A DNA stretch of 64,000 nt from an uncultured Bacilli bacterium. GTDB lineage: Bacteria; Bacillota_I; Bacilli_A; RF39; UBA660. Of the stretch, positions 28,579 through 40,611 are shown piece by piece. The stretch covers positions 2,789 through 66,788 of the forward strand of contig CAKOIS010000005.1 of assembly GCA_934087065.1 (NCBI GenBank), read 5' to 3'. Position numbers and translations under genes: made by a program. Every line of letters begins with the position of its first letter. Position 1 is the first letter of the stretch. A model generated the notes under the pieces. The model searched no databases. It saw nothing but the letters and a program-made list of their open reading frames with translations, and was not told the origin of the DNA.

Positions 28579-31500
28579 TTGGCTTATAAAGTTGAAAAAT
28601 TCGGTACAAAAAGAGAAAGAAGAAATTTCTCACAATTAAGAAACAAATTTGAACTTTCAAACTTGCTTGAAATTCAAAGAGATTCGTTTCAAAAGTTTTT
28701 AGATGAAGGGATAAGAGAGGTATTTGACGATATTTTTCCAGTGGAGAGTTTCAGTGGGAGTTTATCGCTTGAATTTGGTGAATACACTTTAGAAGAACCT
28801 AGGTATAGTGTAATTGAATCCAAAGAAAGACGTGTTACTTACGCTGCTCCATTAAAAGTAAAAGCAAGATTATTTATTAATGAGACAGGTGAAGTAAAAG
28901 AACAAGAAGTATTTTTAGGTGACATTCCATTAATGACTGAAAATGCAAGTTTCATTGTTAACGGAGTAGAAAGAGTTATAAACTGTCAACTTGTACGTTC
29001 TCCATCTATTTATTTCAAACGTGAAATAGATAAAAATGGTAGAAATATTATAACTAACGAAGTAATTCCTAGTAAAGGTACATGGTTAGAGTATGAACTT
29101 GATGCAAGAAATATTTTCTATGTAAGAATAGATAGAACAAGAAAAGTAACTATAACAACTTTCTTGCGTGCATTAGGTTTAAGTAGTGACGATGACATTC
29201 TAAAAGTATTTGGAGAAGACGAAATTCTTGTTAATACTTTAGAAAAAGACTCAACTAAGAATACAGATGAAGCATTAATTGAAATTTATGAAAAATTAAG
29301 ACCAGGTGAACCTGCAACACTTGATTCTTCTAAGAACCAATTAATTACAAGATTCTTTGATAAATTTAGATATGATTTAGCAAAAGTAGGTAGATACAAA
29401 TTTAATAGAAAATTAAATGTAATGGATAGACTACTTAATAATCGTATTGGTGAAGATATAGTAGTAGATGGTGTTACATACATCAAAAAAGGTGAAGTTG
29501 TAACTAAAGAAAAATTAGAAGAATTAAAGCCTATCTTTGAAAATGGATATGGTGTTCATGAAGTTAAAATCAATGAAGAATTAGATACATATAATAAAAT
29601 ACAAGAAGTACTTGTGTATGCTAACGATGGAAGTGATAAATTACTTAAAGTTATAGGTAATGATCAAAGTATAGATACTAAACGTCTAACAATAAGCGAC
29701 ATTTATGCATCAATTTCATACTACATTAACTTACATTATGGAGTAGGAAATTATGATGAAATAGACCACTTAGCCAACAGACGTGTTAGACAAGGTGGAG
29801 AATTAATTCAAAATCAATTTAGAGTAGGTATTGCAAGAATGGAAAGAGTTATTCGTGAAAGAATGACTACACAAGAAATAGACTCTGTAACTCCTAAGAC
29901 ATTAATCAATATTAGACCAGTTACAGCTGCACTAAAAGAGTTCTTTGGAAGTAGCCAATTATCTAAATTCATGGATCAAATTAACCCATTAGCAGAATTA
30001 TATGATAAACGTAAACTAAGTGCCCTAGGGCCAGGCGGTTTATCAAGAGATCGTGCTGGTATGGAAGTTCGTGACGTTAACTCAAGTCACTATGGTAGAA
30101 TTTGTCCAGTAGAAACTCCAGAAGGACAAAACATTGGACTTATCACAAGTTTAGCAGGATACGCAAAACTAAACGAATATGGTTTCATAATGACTCCATA
30201 TAGAAAAGTAGTAGACGCTAAATTAACAGATGAAATAGTATACATGACAGCTGATGAAGAAGAAAACTATTACATTTGTCCAGCTACAATTAAAGTAAGT
30301 GAAGATAATACAATAACTGATGAAATGGTTCCAGTTAGATTTAATAGAGATAACTTAATGGTTGAAAAAACAAAAGTTGACTTTAGTGATGTAAGTCCTA
30401 GTCAAATAGTTTCAATTACAACAAGTTGTATACCATTCTTGGAACACGACGATGCTAACCGTGCACTAATGGGTGCCAACATGCAAAGACAAGCTGTACC
30501 ACTTATGAAAACAGAAGCTCCAATTATTGCAACTGGTGTTGAATACTACGCTGCAAAAGATTCTAGTGCTGTAGTTAAAACAAAAATAGATGGTGTAGTA
30601 GACTATGTTGATGCTAAAAGAATAGTAGTAAAAAATAGCAAAGAAAAAGCTGAATACCCACTAATGACATTTGAAAGAAGTAACGCTGAAACATGCTATA
30701 CTCAAAGACCAATCGCACATGTAGGTGATAAAGTTAAAGCTGGAGACATCATTGCAGATGGACCTAGTACAAATGATGGAGAAATGTCTTTAGGTAAAAA
30801 CTTAACTGTAGCATTTATGACATATAATGGTTACAACTATGAAGATGCTGTTATATTAAACGAGAGAATAGTAAAAGACGACGTACTAACAAGTGTACAC
30901 GTTGAAATGCTTGAAGTAGAAGCAAGAGACACAAAGCTTGGACCTGAAGAGTTTACAAGAGACATTCCAAACGTTAGTGAAGAAGCTAGAAAGAACTTAA
31001 ACGAAGAAGGTATCATTAGAATTGGTACTGAAGTTAAAGAAAACGACATTCTAGTTGGTAAAATCACTCCAAAAGGAGTACAAGAATTAACTAGTGAAGA
31101 AAAATTATTACATGCAATATTCGGAGAAAAAACTCGTGAAGTAAGAGACACTTCTTTAAGAGTTCCACATGGATCTAGCGGTATAGTACACGATGTACAA
31201 GTATTCACAAAAGATAATTCTGATGAGTTACCAGCAGGTGTAATTAAAATTATAAGAATATACTTAATAAAGAAAAGAAAGATGCAAGTCGGAGACAAGA
31301 TGAGTGGACGTCATGGTAACAAGGGTGTAGTAAGCTTAGTATTACCAGAAGAAGATATGCCTTACTTACCAGATGGTAGAACTGTAGACGTTATCTTAAA
31401 CCCACTAGGTGTTCCATCACGTATGAACCTAGGACAAATATTAGAAGTTCACTTAGGTATGGCTGCTAAAACATTAGGCGTACATATTGCAACTCCAGTG

Positions 31501-32190
31501 TTTGATAGTGCAACTGAACAAGATATAATAGATATGACTAAAGAAGCAGGACTAGACCCTGACTACAAGACTTGGTTATATGACGGACGTACTGGTGAAA
31601 AATTCCACAAACGTGTAAACGTTGGAGTCATGTACATGATTAAACTTAACCACATGGTAGATGATAAGATGCATGCAAGAAGCACAGGACCTTACAGTTT
31701 AGTAACACAACAACCTCTAGGTGGTAAAGCACAATTTGGTGGTCAAAGATTTGGTGAAATGGAAGTATGGGCATTATATGCATATGGTGCTGCACATATC
31801 TTACAAGAAGTTCTAACAATTAAGTCAGACGACGTTGTAGGTCGTGTTAAAGTATACGAACAACTTGTAAAAGGAAAAGCTGTTGACCAAGCAGGAGTAC
31901 CTGAAAGCTTTAGAGTATTAATGAAAGAATTCCAAGCATTAGGTTTAGATATAAGTATACTTACTAAAGATGGAATGAAAGACTTAAAAGAATTAGAAAG
32001 CATTGAAGAAAAAGAAGATATTCCAGTATCAATTGAAGAAGTAGATACTACAAAAGATATGGAAGAGTTTACAACAAGTTTAGAAGATGAAGAAGAAGAC
32101 TACTACGATGATGATGAAGAGAGTGAAGACTTTGAACTTGATGATTTAAGTGACGAAGATTTTGAAGAAGATATGGAAGAGGGTGACTAA
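28579..32190 (+). CDS. rpoB: RNA polymerase beta subunit
   Basis: 1203 aa; TTG start with GGGGTG SD. Rif cluster and catalytic motifs recognisable. C-terminal ~50 aa are D/E-rich ('[35 protein letters not shown]'). Confidence 0.95.
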   Translation: MAYKVEKFGTKRERRNFSQLRNKFELSNLLEIQRDSFQKFLDEGIREVFDDIFPVESFSGSLSLEFGEYTLEEPRYSVIESKERRVTYAAPLKVKARLFINETGEVKEQEVFLGDIPLMTENASFIVNGVERVINCQLVRSPSIYFKREIDKNGRNIITNEVIPSKGTWLEYELDARNIFYVRIDRTRKVTITTFLRALGLSSDDDILKVFGEDEILVNTLEKDSTKNTDEALIEIYEKLRPGEPATLDSSKNQLITRFFDKFRYDLAKVGRYKFNRKLNVMDRLLNNRIGEDIVVDGVTYIKKGEVVTKEKLEELKPIFENGYGVHEVKINEELDTYNKIQEVLVYANDGSDKLLKVIGNDQSIDTKRLTISDIYASISYYINLHYGVGNYDEIDHLANRRVRQGGELIQNQFRVGIARMERVIRERMTTQEIDSVTPKTLINIRPVTAALKEFFGSSQLSKFMDQINPLAELYDKRKLSALGPGGLSRDRAGMEVRDVNSSHYGRICPVETPEGQNIGLITSLAGYAKLNEYGFIMTPYRKVVDAKLTDEIVYMTADEEENYYICPATIKVSEDNTITDEMVPVRFNRDNLMVEKTKVDFSDVSPSQIVSITTSCIPFLEHDDANRALMGANMQRQAVPLMKTEAPIIATGVEYYAAKDSSAVVKTKIDGVVDYVDAKRIVVKNSKEKAEYPLMTFERSNAETCYTQRPIAHVGDKVKAGDIIADGPSTNDGEMSLGKNLTVAFMTYNGYNYEDAVILNERIVKDDVLTSVHVEMLEVEARDTKLGPEEFTRDIPNVSEEARKNLNEEGIIRIGTEVKENDILVGKITPKGVQELTSEEKLLHAIFGEKTREVRDTSLRVPHGSSGIVHDVQVFTKDNSDELPAGVIKIIRIYLIKKRKMQVGDKMSGRHGNKGVVSLVLPEEDMPYLPDGRTVDVILNPLGVPSRMNLGQILEVHLGMAAKTLGVHIATPVFDSATEQDIIDMTKEAGLDPDYKTWLYDGRTGEKFHKRVNVGVMYMIKLNHMVDDKMHARSTGPYSLVTQQPLGGKAQFGGQRFGEMEVWALYAYGAAHILQEVLTIKSDDVVGRVKVYEQLVKGKAVDQAGVPESFRVLMKEFQALGLDISILTKDGMKDLKELESIEEKEDIPVSIEEVDTTKDMEEFTTSLEDEEEDYYDDDEESEDFELDDLSDEDFEEDMEEGD

Positions 32191-32192
32191 AA

Positions 32193-35100
32193 ATGATGGA
32201 TGTAAATATGTTTGAAGGAATCAGAATAGGTATAGCAAGTCCTGATAAAATACGTTCATGGAGTTATGGAGAAGTTAAGAAACCTGAAACAATAAACTAT
32301 AGAACACTTCGTCCAGAAAGAGATGGCTTATTCTGCGAGAAAATTTTTGGTCCAACAAAAGACTTTGAATGTGCTTGCGGTAAATATAAAAGATTAAGAT
32401 ATAAAAATGTAGTGTGTGATAGATGTGGAGTTGAAGTTACTCGTTCTAACGTAAGACGTGAAAGAATGGGACACATTGAACTTGCAACTCCAGTTGCGCA
32501 CATCTGGTATACTAAAGGAGTTCCACCTAAAATAGGACTAGTACTAGATAAAAGTCCAAGAGATATAGAAGAAGTAATTTATTTTGTTAGCTATATAGTA
32601 CTTGACCCAGGAAAAGCTCCACTTGAGAAAAAACAAATCTTAAGTGACAAAGAATACCGTGCATATTATGAAAAATATGGTAACTCATTTAAAGTAGGAA
32701 TGGGTGCAGAAGCAATTAAGACTTTACTTTGTGAAGTTGACCTTGAAAAAGAAAAGGAAGAATTAAAGAAAGAAATAGAAAGTAGTCAAGGGCAAAAGAA
32801 ATTAAGACTTGTTAAAAGACTTGACTGTATAGAAAGTTTTATTGAAAGTGGTAACCGTCCTGAATGGATGATACTAGATGTACTTCCAGTATTACCTCCA
32901 GAATTAAGACCAATGTTACAACTTCCCGGTGGAAGATTTACAACAAGTGACTTAAACGACTTATATAGAAGAATTATAAATAGAAATAATCGTTTAAAGA
33001 AATTACTTGAACTAGGTGCACCTACAATCATCGTACAAAATGAAAAACGTATGTTACAAGAAGCAGTTGATGCTTTAATAGATAACGGTAGACGTGGAAG
33101 AAGCGTAAGTGGCGTAGGAAATCGTCCATTAAAGAGCTTAAGTTCTATGCTTAAAGGTAAACAAGGAAGATTTAGACAAAACCTACTTGGTAAACGTGTA
33201 GACTATTCAGGCAGAAGCGTTATCGCTGTTGGTCCAACACTTAAAATGTACGAGTGTGGTATACCAAAAGAAATGGCTCTAGAACTATTTAAACCACATG
33301 TTATTCATGAAATAGTAGAAAGAGAACTAGCTCACAATATTAAAGGAGCTAAAAAATTAATAGATGCACAAGATGAAAGAATTTGGGATATCGTAGAAGA
33401 CGTAATTCACGAACACCCAGTAATGTTAAACCGTGCACCAACACTTCATAGATTAGGTATTCAAGCATTTGAGCCTAAACTAGTTGGTGGAAAAGCAATG
33501 AGACTACACCCACTAGTATGTACAGCATTTAATGCAGACTTTGATGGAGACCAAATGGCAGTACACGTTCCACTTAGTGAAGAAAGTCAAGCAGAAGCAA
33601 GATTACTAATGCTAGGTGCAAATAATATTCTTTCTCCTAAAGACGGAAGCCCAATTGTTACTCCAGGACAAGATATGGTATTAGGTAACTACTACTTAAC
33701 TCTTGAAATAGCTGGACTTGAACACGAAGGTAAAGCTTATAAAAACTCAAATGAAATACTAATGGATTACGAAAGAAGAAATATAACTCTTCACACTAGA
33801 GTATGTGTTCCTGCAAAAAGCTTTAAACATAAAGTTTGGACAGACGATAACATGGAAAAATACCTAGTAACTACTCCAGGTAAAATCATTTTTAACGAAA
33901 TACTACCAGATGCATTTCCATATGTAAACGAAGCATCTAAAGATAATTTTGAAGGTATGACACCAGATAAATTCTTCTTAGAAAAAGGTACAGACTTAGT
34001 TAATGCTGTTAAAGAGATGCCAGTAGTTAATGGATTTGTTAAGAAAGACTTAGAAAAACTAATCGCTCAAATATTTAAGAGATTCAAAACTACTGAAACT
34101 AGTATATTCCTAGATAAATTAAAAAATCAAGGATTTAAATATAGTACTCTATCAGGTATCACATTCAGTTTAAGTGATATTCCAGTTAGTGAAGCTAAAC
34201 AGGAGATTATAGCTAATACTCAAGCTACAGTAGATAAAGTAAATAAACAATATAATCGTGGTTTAATAACTGACGAAGAAAGACATAGAAAAGTAGTTGA
34301 CCTATGGCTAGCTGCTACAAAAGATGTTCAAAAAGCAGTTATTGCTGAGATGGCTAAAACAAGAGACTCTAACCCACTTGCAATGATATTCACATCTAAA
34401 GCCCGTGGTAACGATAACCAATTAGGACAACTTAGTGGTATGCGTGGTATCATGGCTAAACCAGATGGTGAAGAAGTAGAAATACCTATCACAACATCAT
34501 TTAAAGAAGGACTAGACGTTCAAGAATTCTTCTTAAGTTCACACGGTTCTAGAAAAGGTACAGCCGACACTGCACTAAAAACAGCTGACGCTGGATACTT
34601 AACTCGTAGACTTGTTGATGTTGTACAAGACTTAATCATAAAAGAAGAAGACTGTGGTACTATTCAAGGACTTGAAGTAAGTGCATTCGTAGACGATAAG
34701 TCTGGTAGTGTACTAGAAAGCTTTGAAGAAAGAATAGTAGGTAGATTTACTAACCAAAAAGTAGTTAACCCTGAAACTAAAGAATTAATTATAGATAAGG
34801 GAGAATTAATTACTGAACAAATAGCTAAGAAGATAATTAAAGCTGGAATTGAAAAGATAGAAATAAGAAGTGTACTTACTTGTAAGACACACAATGGATT
34901 ATGTCAAAAATGTTACGGAAGAAACCTTGCAACTGGAAATGTTGTTGAAGTTGGTGAAGCTGTTGGTATTATGGCTGCACAAAGTATCGGTGAACCTGGT
35001 ACACAACTTACAATGCGTACATTCCATACTGGTGGTGTTGCCGGAGCTGATGATATAACTCAAGGTCTACCTCGTGTAGAAGAATTATTTGAAGCTAGAA

Positions 35101-35903
35101 TTCCAAAAGCTAAAGCTACTATTGCTGAAATAAGCGGTAAAGTAACTAAAATACAAGAAGATAAAGGTAAATTCAAAATTTATATTACAAACGACGTAGA
35201 AGTAAGAGAACATATAACTCTATATAATGCTAAGTTAAGAGTTGAAAAAGGTTCTATAGTAGAAGCAGGTCAGGCATTAACTGAAGGAAGTATAAGTCCA
35301 AAAGAATTACTTGCAGTAACTGATCCAACTACTGTTGAAGAATATATCTTAAGAGAAGTTCAAAAGGTATATAAATCACAAGGTGTTGATGTAAGTGACA
35401 AGCATATAGAAACTGTTGTAAGAAGAATGATTTCAAAAATGAGAATAGTTGATGCAGGAGACACTGACTTTGTAGAAGGTACTACTGTTTCAATTAGAGA
35501 ATTTGGAGAAAGAAACAAACCTTACATCCTTGAAGGTAAAGTTCCTGCAACTGGTAAAGCTGTAATGCTTGGTATTACTAAAGCAAGCTTAGAAACTGAT
35601 TCATTCTTAAGTGCAGCTTCATTCCAAGAAACTACAAGAATTCTAACAGACGCTGCTGTAAGAGGTAAGATAGATCATTTAAACGGACTAAAAGAAAACG
35701 TTATCCTAGGTAAACTAATACCTGCAGGTACTGGTGCTAGACAATATAAGGACATTGAAATAGAACTTCAAAAAGAATTCCTAAGCGATGACCCAACAGA
35801 AGTACTAGAAGAAACTTTTATGTCTGAAACAAATGACGACTTACTAATAGATGACGGAGTAATGAATATAGATAACGAAGAAGAAACAGAAGAAGAAAAA
35901 TAA
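32193..35903 (+). CDS. rpoC: RNA polymerase beta' subunit
   Basis: 1236 aa. Zinc-binding 'CACGKYK...CDRCG' and 'NADFDGD' catalytic motif. Confidence 0.95.
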   Translation: MMDVNMFEGIRIGIASPDKIRSWSYGEVKKPETINYRTLRPERDGLFCEKIFGPTKDFECACGKYKRLRYKNVVCDRCGVEVTRSNVRRERMGHIELATPVAHIWYTKGVPPKIGLVLDKSPRDIEEVIYFVSYIVLDPGKAPLEKKQILSDKEYRAYYEKYGNSFKVGMGAEAIKTLLCEVDLEKEKEELKKEIESSQGQKKLRLVKRLDCIESFIESGNRPEWMILDVLPVLPPELRPMLQLPGGRFTTSDLNDLYRRIINRNNRLKKLLELGAPTIIVQNEKRMLQEAVDALIDNGRRGRSVSGVGNRPLKSLSSMLKGKQGRFRQNLLGKRVDYSGRSVIAVGPTLKMYECGIPKEMALELFKPHVIHEIVERELAHNIKGAKKLIDAQDERIWDIVEDVIHEHPVMLNRAPTLHRLGIQAFEPKLVGGKAMRLHPLVCTAFNADFDGDQMAVHVPLSEESQAEARLLMLGANNILSPKDGSPIVTPGQDMVLGNYYLTLEIAGLEHEGKAYKNSNEILMDYERRNITLHTRVCVPAKSFKHKVWTDDNMEKYLVTTPGKIIFNEILPDAFPYVNEASKDNFEGMTPDKFFLEKGTDLVNAVKEMPVVNGFVKKDLEKLIAQIFKRFKTTETSIFLDKLKNQGFKYSTLSGITFSLSDIPVSEAKQEIIANTQATVDKVNKQYNRGLITDEERHRKVVDLWLAATKDVQKAVIAEMAKTRDSNPLAMIFTSKARGNDNQLGQLSGMRGIMAKPDGEEVEIPITTSFKEGLDVQEFFLSSHGSRKGTADTALKTADAGYLTRRLVDVVQDLIIKEEDCGTIQGLEVSAFVDDKSGSVLESFEERIVGRFTNQKVVNPETKELIIDKGELITEQIAKKIIKAGIEKIEIRSVLTCKTHNGLCQKCYGRNLATGNVVEVGEAVGIMAAQSIGEPGTQLTMRTFHTGGVAGADDITQGLPRVEELFEARIPKAKATIAEISGKVTKIQEDKGKFKIYITNDVEVREHITLYNAKLRVEKGSIVEAGQALTEGSISPKELLAVTDPTTVEEYILREVQKVYKSQGVDVSDKHIETVVRRMISKMRIVDAGDTDFVEGTTVSIREFGERNKPYILEGKVPATGKAVMLGITKASLETDSFLSAASFQETTRILTDAAVRGKIDHLNGLKENVILGKLIPAGTGARQYKDIEIELQKEFLSDDPTEVLEETFMSETNDDLLIDDGVMNIDNEEETEEEK

Positions 35904-35941
35904 CTTCTTCTTTTCTTTTTGAAACAAATTAAACATATATA

Positions 35942-35969
35942 TTGACAACTTCTTTATTTCTGCTATAAT
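35942..35969 (+). promoter_or_regulatory. promoter TTGACA-16-TGcTATAAT
   Basis: Consensus hexamers with extended -10. Confidence 0.55.
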
Positions 35970-35992
35970 TAAATCATAAAGGAGTGTTATGT

Positions 35993-36160
35993 ATGAAGAA
36001 AAACGAAATATGTCTAGACAAAGTAATATTAAAAGAAATACAACAAATAGAAAAAGATATGAAAGAAGCAGCAGAAGAAGTAAGAAAGATAGAAAACCAC
36101 GAAGGCAACTATAAAGTTTATGACGATGTTAAAAGCTTTATGGAAGATTTGTCTAAGTAA
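35993..36160 (+). CDS. hypothetical 55-aa protein
   Basis: AAAGGAG SD 8 nt upstream. MKKNEICLDKVILKEIQQIEKDMKEAAEEVRKIENHEGNYKVYDDVKSFMEDLSK. Below ORF-track cutoff. Confidence 0.4.
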   Translation: MKKNEICLDKVILKEIQQIEKDMKEAAEEVRKIENHEGNYKVYDDVKSFMEDLSK

Positions 36161-36182
36161 GTAAAATCTTTAAGTTTACTAC

Positions 36183-36212
36183 TTGACAAGGCTCACTAAA
36201 AAATGCTAAAAT
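36183..36212 (+). promoter_or_regulatory. promoter TTGACA-18-TGcTAAAAT for leader / paralog copy 2
   Basis: Sequence match to consensus. Confidence 0.5.
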
Positions 36213-36214
36213 TT

Positions 36215-36393
36215 AAGAGTAAAAAGATAGGAGAAGATATATATGGAATCTAACTCTTTAGTACAAAATGAAGTACAAATGGGGGGGGGTATTTAGTTTA
36301 GTAAATACCACTAGTTTTCATATACTTTTAATGAGATAGAATATTTTTCTATCTCTTTTTCGTGTCTTTAAAAAGAAGGGAGAGCATAAAATT
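36215..36393 (+). promoter_or_regulatory. conserved leader, copy 2: leader ORF 36243-36296 (MESNSLVQNEVQMGGGI*) with G9 tract 36281-36289; terminator 36333-36360
   Basis: Perfect 9-bp stem gagatagaa/ttctatctc then TTTTT. With G9 the leader ORF stops 37 nt upstream of the hairpin. Confidence 0.55.
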
Positions 36394-37689
36394 ATGCATA
36401 ACAAACAATTAACATTAGTTGTAGTAAGCCTTTTAGTAGTAGTACTAAGTGTATCACTAGCATGGTTTACAACACAAATATTGGGAAAGGGGAAAGACGT
36501 AAGTGTAAGTAGTGCTAACTTACAAATAATATTTACAGATAGTGACGGTGCTTTATCAGCAAATGATATAGAACCAGGATGGAGTGCAACAAAAACATTC
36601 ACTGTACAAAACAATAGTAAAGAAGAATACAAATACAATATTATTATAAAAGATTTGGTAAACACATTTGTAACAAACGGATACTTACAATACAAGATAA
36701 CTAGTACAAACGATGGATATAATATGACAGAGTATAAGGATATACCAAAATCTAGTACAGCTAAAGATATAATACTTGCTTATAGTGTATCTATACCAAA
36801 GGGAGAAACTCAAACATACACAATAGAATTTAAGTATGCAAATGACGAAAGCAAAGACCAAAGTGTAGATATGAATAAGAAACTGAGTGGAACTTTATTT
36901 ATAACAGAAGGAATAGAAGAACCAAAATCACTTGCAACATTAATACAAACAAATGCTATAAATGAAAATGGATATAGATATGAAGGAACAGACCCAAATA
37001 ACTATATACAAATGGAGAAGACTGATGGCACAACAGAAATATGGAGAATAATAGGGTTATTCCCAGATGGAGAAAATGGAGAAGATGTAATAAGAGTAAG
37101 AAAAGTAGAATATGAGAGTGCTCCTTATGACTCAAATGATACAAACCATTGGCCAAATACAACGCTATATACATATTTAAAAGATACATATTCATTAACA
37201 AATTATAAAAACACAGTAAACTATAAAATGTACTTAGGTGGTGCAAGTAGTATATCAAGTTATACATCACAAGACTTATATGATATGGAAAGAATGTTAA
37301 ATAGTAAAGGAACAGCAGGAAAAACATCACAAAATAGTTATTCTAGCACAACAACATTTACAGGAAGTGTAGGACTAATGTATCCAAGCGATTATGGGTG
37401 CGCTGTACTAGCAAGTGACTGTGCAAGAACAATCACGCCTGAAAAATATACTGAACCAGCAGCATGCCACGATAACAACTGGTTATTCCAAGGTTCAAAT
37501 ATTCGACAATGGTTAATAAGCCCAGGCGTCTCTTTTAATAATTATGCGTTCATTGTCCATGCTAATGGGTATGCCACTCACATGTACATCGTAACTGTTT
37601 CCGTCTCTTATAGCCCAGTTATGGCTCTAAAGTCCGATGTAATCGTAACAGGAAGTGGTACACAAAGTGACCCATATGTAATGAATTAA
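36394..37689 (+). CDS. secreted paralog family member 2 (431 aa)
   Basis: N-terminus 'MHNKQLTLVVVSLLVVVLSVSLAWFTTQILGKGKDVSV...IEPGWSATKTFTV', about 65% identical to copy 3 over the first ~175 aa. Divergent C-terminal half. Confidence 0.6.
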   Translation: MHNKQLTLVVVSLLVVVLSVSLAWFTTQILGKGKDVSVSSANLQIIFTDSDGALSANDIEPGWSATKTFTVQNNSKEEYKYNIIIKDLVNTFVTNGYLQYKITSTNDGYNMTEYKDIPKSSTAKDIILAYSVSIPKGETQTYTIEFKYANDESKDQSVDMNKKLSGTLFITEGIEEPKSLATLIQTNAINENGYRYEGTDPNNYIQMEKTDGTTEIWRIIGLFPDGENGEDVIRVRKVEYESAPYDSNDTNHWPNTTLYTYLKDTYSLTNYKNTVNYKMYLGGASSISSYTSQDLYDMERMLNSKGTAGKTSQNSYSSTTTFTGSVGLMYPSDYGCAVLASDCARTITPEKYTEPAACHDNNWLFQGSNIRQWLISPGVSFNNYAFIVHANGYATHMYIVTVSVSYSPVMALKSDVIVTGSGTQSDPYVMN

Positions 37690-37788
37690 GGACTAAATAA
37701 AGTACAAGATAAGGAATTCAAGAAATTGGGTTCTTTTTTCTTTATTGTTTTGTGTTTTTATGGTATAATTTTAGGGAAGAAATGAGTG

Positions 37789-39081
37789 ATGTTTATGTTT
37801 ATAGATGAAGTAGTTATAACTGTTATAGGTGGACACGGAGGAGATGGGTGTACTAGTTTTAGACACGAGAAATTTGTTGAAATGGGTGGACCAGATGGTG
37901 GCAATGGTGGAAAAGGTGGAGATGTTGTTTTTGTTGCCGAAGAAGGCCTTAAAACTCTTATTGATTTAAGATATCAAAAGAAAATCAAAGGAGAAAAAGG
38001 AAATAACGGAAGTGGAGCATTAAGGACTGGTGCAAGTGGAAGTGATACTTTTATTAAAGTTCCTGTAGGTACAACTATTACCGATATTGAAACTAATCTA
38101 ATTATAGGAGACTTGACTAAACAAGGAGAAAAATGTGTAGTAGCTAAAGGTGGAAAAGGTGGAAGAGGTAACGCATCATTTAAAAGCAATAAAGATAAAG
38201 CGCCTAAGATAAGTGAGCACGGAATGGCTGGAGAAGAAAGAAAGTTAAAGCTTGAGTTAAAACTTTTAGCTGATGTTGGACTAGTGGGCTTTCCAAGTGT
38301 AGGGAAAAGTAGCTTAATCAGTGTTATAAGTGCATCTAAACCAAAAATTGCAGACTACCATTTCACAACATTAACACCAAACTTGGGTGTAGTATCAACT
38401 AAGAGTACTAGCTATGTAGTAGCTGACCTTCCAGGTATCATAGAAGGAGCATCAAATGGCGTTGGTTTAGGAGATAAATTCTTAAAACACGCAAGTCGCT
38501 GTAAAATTGTTGCCTATGTAATAGACGCTTCATGTATAGAAGGAAGAGACTTAGTAAGTGAATATCAAATTTTATTAAATGAAGTAAAAAACTATAGTGA
38601 AAAACTATATAATAAGAAAAGTATAGTAATAGCTAATAAAATGGATATCTTTGGTAGTAAGGAAAATTTAGAAAACTTTAAAAAAGCATTCCCTGATGTA
38701 GAAGTACTAGAAACAAGTGCAGTTACGCACCTTGGAATAGAAGAACTAAAAAGTCGTCTAGGAGAACTTGTTTTATCTACTAATGAAGAAAATATGTATA
38801 GCGATGAAGAGTTTGAAAGCTATGTATTATATGAATTTAAAAACAAAAGACCATATAACATTACAAGAATAGATGATCACACTTGGGTATTATCTGGAGA
38901 AAAACTAGAAAATTTACTTAAGAAAACAAGATTTAATAGTGATGAAGCACTACTTAAATTTGCAAGAAAACTAAAGAACATGGGCGTTGATGACGAGTTA
39001 AAAACTATGGGTGCCAAAAGCGGGGACACAGTTAGAATATTAGATGTAGAGTTTGAGTTTAGTGAGAAACTTGACTATTAA
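37789..39081 (+). CDS. obg: GTPase Obg
   Basis: Gly-rich N-terminal Obg fold 'GGHGGDG...GGNGGKGGDV', G1 'GFPSVGKSSL', C-terminal OCT domain. AGGGAAG SD then ATG 37789. Confidence 0.9.
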   Translation: MFMFIDEVVITVIGGHGGDGCTSFRHEKFVEMGGPDGGNGGKGGDVVFVAEEGLKTLIDLRYQKKIKGEKGNNGSGALRTGASGSDTFIKVPVGTTITDIETNLIIGDLTKQGEKCVVAKGGKGGRGNASFKSNKDKAPKISEHGMAGEERKLKLELKLLADVGLVGFPSVGKSSLISVISASKPKIADYHFTTLTPNLGVVSTKSTSYVVADLPGIIEGASNGVGLGDKFLKHASRCKIVAYVIDASCIEGRDLVSEYQILLNEVKNYSEKLYNKKSIVIANKMDIFGSKENLENFKKAFPDVEVLETSAVTHLGIEELKSRLGELVLSTNEENMYSDEEFESYVLYEFKNKRPYNITRIDDHTWVLSGEKLENLLKKTRFNSDEALLKFARKLKNMGVDDELKTMGAKSGDTVRILDVEFEFSEKLDY

Positions 39082-39090
39082 GGAGGAGTT

Positions 39091-39615
39091 ATGATAGATA
39101 AGTTTGTACCTGATATGTTTTATCAAAGTATTTATAGAGTTGACTATGAAAAATTAAAAAGTATTGGAATTAAACTAATAATATTTGATTTAGATAATAC
39201 AATTGCAACCTATAGTGAAAGTATTCCTAGAAGTGAAGCTAAAGAATTAATTGATAAACTAAAAGAGATGGGTTTTAATGTAATACTCATGAGTAACTCA
39301 AGTAAATCTAGAGTACTTCCTTTTAGAAATGCTTTAGAAATAGACTCATGCGCTGGTGCTAAAAAGCCTTTAACAAGTGGATACAAAAAAATAATGAAAG
39401 TATATCATCTTGACGCAAATAAAATAGCTTGTATAGGAGACCAATTAATCACTGATATATGGGGTGCTAATAAAATGGGAATGACTAGTATTTTAGTTAA
39501 TCCTATGTCAAAAAAAGATAGAAAGATTACTTATATAAATAGATTTTTTGAAAAGATATTATTTAAAATAATGGATAAAGAAGAATTATTTAAGAAGAGG
39601 AATATGTATGAATAA
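39091..39615 (+). CDS. yqeG: HAD-superfamily phosphatase YqeG-like
   Basis: 'IIFDLDNTI' DxD motif I, 'GDQLITDI' motif IV. Confidence 0.7.
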   Translation: MIDKFVPDMFYQSIYRVDYEKLKSIGIKLIIFDLDNTIATYSESIPRSEAKELIDKLKEMGFNVILMSNSSKSRVLPFRNALEIDSCAGAKKPLTSGYKKIMKVYHLDANKIACIGDQLITDIWGANKMGMTSILVNPMSKKDRKITYINRFFEKILFKIMDKEELFKKRNMYE

Positions 39616-40603
39616 AGTATGTATTGGATGTGGTAGTAAATTTCAAACTTTAGATAAAAATAAAGAAGGATACATTAACCCTAAAGTTTATGATAAAGCT
39701 ACACTTTGTGAAAGATGTTTTAAAATAAAATACTATGGAGAAACTTATGTAACAGATAATCCTAAAGATAAAACTACACTTATTAAAATGATAAATGACT
39801 CTAAAAAAAGTGTAGTCTATTTAGTAGATACTCTAACACTTAGTAAAGAGTCACTTAGTGTGATAGATTCACTTTCTAACAAAGTATATTTAGTACTCAC
39901 TAAAAGAGATTTGCTACCAAAAAGTGTTAAAAACAGCAAATTAAAAGAATACATAAGTAACCTAACATTAATAAAAGACGTGTTTGTAATAAGTGCTCTA
40001 AAAAATAATGGAGTAACTGAGTTATATAATGAACTTATTAAAAATAATGAAAAAAGTGTTTATGTAATAGGCTACACTTCAAGCGGAAAATCTACATTTA
40101 TTAACAAGTTACTTAGGATTAATGGTAAAAGTGGTAACATTACTACAAGTAGTTTACCTAACACAACACTAGAATGCATTAATATTAAGTTAAACGATAA
40201 ACTTACACTAATAGATACTCCAGGTTTTGTAAGTGAAAACTCTTCATATAACTTTATAGATGTTGATATATATAAGAAATTGCTACCTAAAAGTGTTATC
40301 AAACCTAAAGTATACACTATAAAAAAGGACTTCATGATAATTCTAGGAGATATACTTAGAATAGAAAACAATAGTAATGAAGACGTTAATTTAGTGTTTT
40401 ACTTTAAAAATGAGATTAAACTTAATAAAATGAGAAGTATTAGAAATGAATTATTAAAAGATAAAGATAAACTTGATGTTAAAGTAAGTGATAAAGACAT
40501 TATTTTAGAAGGTCTTGGCTACATAAAAGTAGTAAAAGATGCTAATTTAACAATGTACACTTTAAATAAAAAAATGATTAGTATTAGAAATAAAATGATA
40601 TAG
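39608..40603 (+). CDS. yqeH: ribosome-biogenesis GTPase YqeH
   Basis: N-terminal CxxC...CxxC zinc finger, circularly permuted GTPase 'GYTSSGKST'. Confidence 0.75.
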   Translation: MNKVCIGCGSKFQTLDKNKEGYINPKVYDKATLCERCFKIKYYGETYVTDNPKDKTTLIKMINDSKKSVVYLVDTLTLSKESLSVIDSLSNKVYLVLTKRDLLPKSVKNSKLKEYISNLTLIKDVFVISALKNNGVTELYNELIKNNEKSVYVIGYTSSGKSTFINKLLRINGKSGNITTSSLPNTTLECINIKLNDKLTLIDTPGFVSENSSYNFIDVDIYKKLLPKSVIKPKVYTIKKDFMIILGDILRIENNSNEDVNLVFYFKNEIKLNKMRSIRNELLKDKDKLDVKVSDKDIILEGLGYIKVVKDANLTMYTLNKKMISIRNKMI

Positions 40604-40611
40604 AGGTAATT

